Shown here piece after piece: positions 30,042-35,304 of a DNA stretch of 35,304 nt (positions are counted from its first letter, which is position 1; each line of letters opens with the position of its first letter). A program made the position numbers and the translations under genes. The stretch is taken from the NCBI GenBank assembly GCA_027858275.1, contig JAQIDA010000101.1, forward strand, positions 1 to 35,304, read 5' to 3'. Origin of the DNA: Candidatus Kapaibacterium sp. (GTDB lineage Bacteria; Bacteroidota; Ignavibacteria; Kapaibacteriales; UBA2268). The notes under the pieces are model-generated. The model was not told the origin of the DNA. It ran no database searches and saw only the letters and a program-made list of their open reading frames with translations.

Positions 30042-32492
30042 TCAGGTCTCCTGTTCAGGCATAGAAATAGTTACGCTGACGGTAGTGCCGGCTCCGGGTG
30101 AACCGATAATCTTGACATCTCCCCCTATTGACTTGGCGCGTTCTCTGATGCCTGCAAGGCCGAGAGATTTGTGTGCTTTTAATTGAGAGCCTGTGATTCC
30201 CACTCCGTTGTCAGCAATTATGAGTTCAACTATATTATCTTTTTTTATCAAACTGACGTCAACTCTCGAAGCTTTAGCGTGACGAGTAATGTTTGTCAAC
30301 GTCTCCTGCAATATACGAAACATTGCGGTAGCATAAGGGTCTTTAAATTTCATGTCGTCCGGTTCGATCCGAAGTTTGCATCGTACAGCGGTGCGTTTTT
30401 GGAATTCGTTGCTTTGCCATTCTATAGCCGCTATTAATCCAAAATGATCCAAAATAGACGGGCGCAATTGAGTAGAAATTGATCTTACTTTATGAATAGT
30501 CAAATCAATCAGATCCGCCATAGTTTTTGTCTTTTCAGTCAATATTTTCTCTTTGATATTCATCTTGCCGCTTAGCCAGACAAGATCAAGTTTCAGAGCT
30601 GTCAGAGCATAGCCGAGTTCGTCATGAATTTCGAAGGCTATAGCCTTTCGCTCTTCTTCACGGGCTGTTTGAAGATGCACGGCAAGGTTACGCATTTGTT
30701 CACGAGATTCTTTCAAGTCGTTTTCGTTCTGTTTACGAACTGTAATATTACGAATAATCGCTATCAGACCGAGAATTTTGTTTTTATCATTGACCAATGA
30801 GGCAATTGCGATTTCTGCCGGAATTTCTTCTTTAGTTTTTAGTTGGGCAACTATTTCAGTAGGTTTAATACTTCCTCGTTTAAGCACTTTTCTCATAAGT
30901 CCGAATGCAAGTCCGGCTTGTTCCGAGTCAGCTAAAAATTCTGTCAGTGCTTTGCCTTGAATCTCTGTCTTGCTATACCCAAACAAATTCGCAAAAGCTT
31001 CATTAACTTCAATTATTTCGCCGTTCCCGTCAGTCAGGACAATTCCGTCAGGGGCAGTTTCAACAAGAGTCCTAAATTTCTCTTCGCTTTTCTTTAAGTT
31101 CTCCTGAGCATTGCGGCTTTCGCTGATATCTTCAAAGATACAAACGATTTCTCCGGTCGGAAGTTTGTGAATATGATTTTCACGCCAAATAACGGTTTGA
31201 CCGTCTTCTTTGATAGTAATTAACTTGTTTGCCGGAGTGTTCGTTTCGTAAACTTGTTTGAATATTTCGAGAAGCTGCGGGGTATGCAGCATCGAAATAG
31301 GATCACTCAATCTGCACCCAATTATTTTTTCTTGGCTGATATTATCAATAATTTCAGCGGCATGATTGAATTTTTTAAGAACGAAATCTTTGCCGTTGTT
31401 TATTGAAGAATAAATTGCGGCACCGCTTCTCATTTTTTCAAATAATTCACGAAACATATTTTCGCTTTCGGCAAGAGCTTTCTCAGCGATGCGCCGTTCA
31501 GTTATATCTCTCTCAATCGCAGAAACCCCAATTTTTTTTCCGGTGGCATCAACGAAAGGACACAATGTTACTGATACATCTATTAGTGTTCCGTCTTTTC
31601 GTTCTCTTACAGCGTCGAAGCGTGATATAGTCTGAGTTCTGATTACTTTTTCGATGATTTCTTGGAGTTCGACTCGGTTGTCAAACGGAACAAAATTATT
31701 GCAACTTTTACCCGAAATATCCGCGTCGCTAAAGCCGTAAGTACGTTCAGCGCCGAGGTTCCAACTCAGAATTGTGCCTTTGAAATCCATACCGTAAATG
31801 GCATCATCGCTTGATTCAACAATTGAGGCCAAGAGATTTGAAGTGTGACCGAGGCGCATTCTTTCGGTAATATCCCTGGCAATAGCTATCGCTCCAAAAA
31901 TAATCCCGTTGTTATTACGCAAAGGTATGCCGATACCTTCCCAGTAGCTGCCGTATTGATCAGACAGAGTTGTTGATTGATATTTGATACCTTTTTCAAT
32001 CACTCCTGTGGTCAAAGCCGCATTTGAGTATGGGGTGATAACATTTTCGCCGATACTCTCGAAAGCATTGTTGCAAAGTCTGCCGATTGCATGATTATCG
32101 AAACTGAGAGCTGCCTTGTTCGCCCAAAGTATGCGCATATTTGTATCGACTTGGAGAATCATATCCGGCACACCGTCGAGAACAGCCTTGAGCTCAGCAG
32201 TGCTCTTTTGCATTTTGCGTTCAGCCTGCCTCAGTTTCAAGGATATAGTGCTTAGCTCTTGCACTCGGCGGACGGAAAAAACAAGGATAAAGACAAGAAA
32301 CACTGACAGAAAGACAATTATTCCTGCCGGTATGCTGACATTGGACAGATCTACGTTGATACTGAATATCACATATTTGTCGGCAACAGCCAATATCAGG
32401 ATAGTCAACAAACTCATCACAGAAATGATGATTATATCTTGAGTAATGCGGTTGCTGCTTCTGAATCTGCCTTGTTCTTTTTGCTTATCCAT
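30042..32492 (-). CDS. Membrane-anchored multi-PAS sensor histidine kinase (HisKA_3, NarX/UhpB-like)
   Basis: Two N-terminal TM segments; four PAS-like domains; H-box EEERKAIAFEIHDELG; RILQE.LTNI.RHA; DNGVG; GL.GIRERA; PGAGT. Confidence 0.95.
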   Translation of the reverse strand: MDKQKEQGRFRSSNRITQDIIIISVMSLLTILILAVADKYVIFSINVDLSNVSIPAGIIVFLSVFLVFILVFSVRRVQELSTISLKLRQAERKMQKSTAELKAVLDGVPDMILQVDTNMRILWANKAALSFDNHAIGRLCNNAFESIGENVITPYSNAALTTGVIEKGIKYQSTTLSDQYGSYWEGIGIPLRNNNGIIFGAIAIARDITERMRLGHTSNLLASIVESSDDAIYGMDFKGTILSWNLGAERTYGFSDADISGKSCNNFVPFDNRVELQEIIEKVIRTQTISRFDAVRERKDGTLIDVSVTLCPFVDATGKKIGVSAIERDITERRIAEKALAESENMFRELFEKMRSGAAIYSSINNGKDFVLKKFNHAAEIIDNISQEKIIGCRLSDPISMLHTPQLLEIFKQVYETNTPANKLITIKEDGQTVIWRENHIHKLPTGEIVCIFEDISESRNAQENLKKSEEKFRTLVETAPDGIVLTDGNGEIIEVNEAFANLFGYSKTEIQGKALTEFLADSEQAGLAFGLMRKVLKRGSIKPTEIVAQLKTKEEIPAEIAIASLVNDKNKILGLIAIIRNITVRKQNENDLKESREQMRNLAVHLQTAREEERKAIAFEIHDELGYALTALKLDLVWLSGKMNIKEKILTEKTKTMADLIDLTIHKVRSISTQLRPSILDHFGLIAAIEWQSNEFQKRTAVRCKLRIEPDDMKFKDPYATAMFRILQETLTNITRHAKASRVDVSLIKKDNIVELIIADNGVGITGSQLKAHKSLGLAGIRERAKSIGGDVKIIGSPGAGTTVSVTISMPEQET

Positions 32493-32824
32493 TAATCACT
32501 GATTCTTTCATCTATTGAGATTGAAACCAATCTGTTTGTTTGGCCCAAAATATATTTTCGGATTAAGTTATAACATCTAATTATAATAATAACAAAAAAA
32601 ACACAAATTTGTGCGAATTTCTGAAGTTTAGCTGAAAATTGTTTGAAATTATCGGCTGAGATTCTGACCGTGAAGTGCTTTATACCGGCAGAAAATTCAG
32701 TTCTCACTAATTTTTCAAACTTTGTACCCTAATTGTCCGTCTACTTGTCATTATTATAGTGCCGAGACAATATTCATAATTATCGGCAGTATTTGTGATT
32801 CAACAGCAACCAACGGAGAGAATA

Positions 32825-35304
32825 GTGAAATTATTTATAACGACAATCATTTTTGCCATGCTTGCAACTTTAAGCACTCAGGCACAGTATATACCGCATC
32901 CTTATAACTTAGATTTTGAACGCGGTAATCCCGGCACATTGCCAGAAGGTTGGTCCGTCGAGCCGACCAGCGCGAAGAAAGGATACAAAGCAACGGTCAG
33001 TAATCAGGAATTTAAAACCGGCACTCAGTCTCTGGAGTTTAGCTATTTGGAAGACGAAGATGATCTGACAGGATCGATGTTCCAACGAATTGACGCCAAG
33101 CAATATCGCGGCAAAACAATTGTGTTCCGTGCTGCTGTCAAGGCTGACGTTTTCTCAAACGGCGGGCAGGCTTTTCTATATCTAATATCAGATATCCCCA
33201 AACGATACGGGGGAGAGCCGGATGAATTTACTTCTGAAGGGATTGTCGGAGATTGGGAATATTATCAAATAGTCTGCGAAATAAGTGCTGTCAGTGATTA
33301 TATTATTTTTGGCGCAGGACTGACCGGTGCAGGCAAGGTTTATATAGATGATATCAGTTTCGAAATAGATACAAAAGACAGTGAATCTTATTTCACGGCT
33401 CCTGAGCCGATCAGCAAACGAAGTATGGAAAACATTAGTGCCTTTGCAAAAATGGCAGGTTATGTGCGATATTTCTATCCCGGAACTGATGCGATAATTG
33501 ATTGGGATCGTTTCATTACAAACGGCATTGAATATGTCGAAGGTGCCAAAAACACTAAAAATCTTGCTAAAATCATGAACGATCTCTTTTGTCCGGTTGC
33601 TCCCGGCTTGGAAATATACAAGGGTAAACCGAAGAAAAAATCAAAGAAAGTAAATGTAAGACCAAAAGAAGCAGTAGGCGATTATGTACTTGCTTGTCGC
33701 CACGACGGCCCGGCTCTTGACGGAAATTACAAAGATTTTTCAAGCTCGATCATGAATCTCTATGAACCTACTAGATTGAGAGAAGGATCAGTAATTCAAA
33801 TCGCTTCAGGCGAAGAATTAGCAGGCAAAGATATCGTGCTTTCTGCTCGTATCTTGAATAAAACAGATGATGATCTCTCCAGCGAGCCGCAAATGTTTGT
33901 ACAAATCGACGGAGCAAAGGGAACCAAACCCGACCTGTATTTGTTGGAAACTAAGGTTGCAAAGTCAAGAAAATGGAAAACGTATTCTCTTGAAATAAAA
34001 GCAAGGGCAGACGCTCGAATAATTCGTACAGCTTTGGTTCTGGTTGGCGAAGGCAAGGCTCTTTTCGATGATGTCAAATTAACAATAAAAGCGGACTCTG
34101 TTGATAATAAAAATTATATAAGACATCAGGGTTTTGAGGAATACGAGCTCGGTTCGCTGACTTTGGGCTGGAAAATGCAAAATTCCGCGATTGCAGCGGG
34201 GTACAAAGCTGAAATCGTTCCAAAAGGCTACAGATCTAAAAAATGCTTGAGTATCTCAGCTTCAACTGAGAATAAAATCAAAGTTATCAAAAATAATGAA
34301 GTATACAGCCGAAAACTAAACGGCGGTATATCATTCAGCATGCCGCTGACATTGTATATGGACAGTGTCCGTACTTTGCCCTATCCGTACGGATGTGCTG
34401 AACTTCAGAATGTTAAGCCGAAAGATTTTGTTATGTCCGGCAGCGATCGTTCCTCACGATTGGCAATTGTAGCAATTGTTTGGAATCTGTTCAAGCACTT
34501 CGGTCTCAATGACAACAAAGCAAAAGTATGGGACAGGGCTCTTAAATATGCTTTGCAGGATGCAGCTATATGCAAAAATGACGATCAGTTCTTGGAAATT
34601 CTCGAATTGCTGACTGTTGAAGTCAATGACGGACAGTCCAGAGCATGGAAGAGCAAGGATCGAGTGCTGTTTTCATATCCTTTCAATTGGATATATCTTG
34701 ATAAAAAAGTATACATCAACAAAACCGCTGCAGATTTCACTGAGTTTTCTCCCGGCGACCAAGTATTATCAATCGACGGTATTTCAGTTAAAAGCGCGCT
34801 CAAAGAGTTTTCCGCATCTGTGTCTGCTGTCAGAACCGCAACTCGCTACAAGGCAACACTTGAAAAAATAAGACTCGGAAATAAAGGCGACGAAATAAAA
34901 TTGAAAATCAGAACTACATCCGGTAAAACTAAAAAAGTAACAGTCCGGAGAACATATCCGCCGGCTGATCTTGTGCCGTTCAAATATGACAGATTCTCGG
35001 AAAAAGCGCCGGGTATATTTTATGCTAATCTGACACAGATGAATGATCGAGGAATCAAATTAATAGTAAAAGATCTTGTTGACGCTAAGGGGATTATCTT
35101 TGATTTAAGAGGCAGTTCTCGTGTCAGTCCCGAATTCCTCGGACTCTTCGCTGATGAATCTTTAGACGGCCCGGAAATCAGTATTCCGATTTATATGATG
35201 CCGGATCACAACATGATTTCATATAAAACTATTAATAAACTGATCAGTGCGAAAAATCCAAAATTAGATATTAAAGTTGTATTTCTCGCTGATGAAAATA
35301 CAAT
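32825..35304 (+). CDS. S41 family peptidase with CBM/galactose-binding-like domains and PDZ (3'-partial; absent from ORF track)
   Basis: GGAG RBS then GTG; MKLFITTIIFAMLATLSTQA|Q signal; NLDFE..PEGW, QRIDAKQYRGK, AFAKMAGYVRYFYP, RLA.V..VWNLFKHF, PGDQVLSIDG, KGIIFDLRG, KVVFLADENT, all in one frame. Catalytic Ser lies beyond the window. Confidence 0.88.
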   Translation, partial: MKLFITTIIFAMLATLSTQAQYIPHPYNLDFERGNPGTLPEGWSVEPTSAKKGYKATVSNQEFKTGTQSLEFSYLEDEDDLTGSMFQRIDAKQYRGKTIVFRAAVKADVFSNGGQAFLYLISDIPKRYGGEPDEFTSEGIVGDWEYYQIVCEISAVSDYIIFGAGLTGAGKVYIDDISFEIDTKDSESYFTAPEPISKRSMENISAFAKMAGYVRYFYPGTDAIIDWDRFITNGIEYVEGAKNTKNLAKIMNDLFCPVAPGLEIYKGKPKKKSKKVNVRPKEAVGDYVLACRHDGPALDGNYKDFSSSIMNLYEPTRLREGSVIQIASGEELAGKDIVLSARILNKTDDDLSSEPQMFVQIDGAKGTKPDLYLLETKVAKSRKWKTYSLEIKARADARIIRTALVLVGEGKALFDDVKLTIKADSVDNKNYIRHQGFEEYELGSLTLGWKMQNSAIAAGYKAEIVPKGYRSKKCLSISASTENKIKVIKNNEVYSRKLNGGISFSMPLTLYMDSVRTLPYPYGCAELQNVKPKDFVMSGSDRSSRLAIVAIVWNLFKHFGLNDNKAKVWDRALKYALQDAAICKNDDQFLEILELLTVEVNDGQSRAWKSKDRVLFSYPFNWIYLDKKVYINKTAADFTEFSPGDQVLSIDGISVKSALKEFSASVSAVRTATRYKATLEKIRLGNKGDEIKLKIRTTSGKTKKVTVRRTYPPADLVPFKYDRFSEKAPGIFYANLTQMNDRGIKLIVKDLVDAKGIIFDLRGSSRVSPEFLGLFADESLDGPEISIPIYMMPDHNMISYKTINKLISAKNPKLDIKVVFLADENT

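Noticed and set aside
29404-32492. Two-component system as dedicated regulator of the filament cluster
   Set aside because: Only proximity supports it; two unrelated genes intervene and no binding site was identified.
32492-32907. 71-aa and 61-aa ORFs in the divergent intergenic region
   Set aside because: They span the probable divergent promoter region; the second overlaps the real S41 peptidase start at 32825 in another frame.

Overview
The window looks like chromosomal DNA from an FCB-group bacterium. T9SS-type C-terminal sorting domains, Gln at +1 after most signal peptides and AGGA/GGAG ribosome-binding sites point to an Ignavibacteria/Kapabacteria-like lineage (inference). From left to right it holds: a 5'-truncated secreted CotH-kinase/lamin-tail/T9SS-CTD protein; a YbjQ-family gene flanked by REP-like repeats; a 22.7-kb six-gene cluster of secreted proteins (4321-27009); an NTF2/SnoaL lipoprotein; an EamA transporter; a NarL-type two-component pair; and a 3'-truncated S41 peptidase missing from the ORF track. 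The six-gene cluster is the main result. Three of its proteins (841, 686 and 3877 aa) share one module (beta-helix-like segment / beta-sandwich / G8-like WxxxxxW motif) in 1, 1/2 and 7 copies, and none of the three has a T9SS CTD. The half-module protein ends in a dockerin-like domain and is followed by two CTD-bearing proteins with cohesin-like regions. A repeat-rich tail-fibre-like protein ends in a C1q/BclA-like head. My hypothesis is an undescribed T9SS-anchored, head-to-tail polymerising surface filament (anchor - adaptor - major subunit - giant subunit - trimeric tip). All domain calls are by-eye motif recognition; no searches were run.
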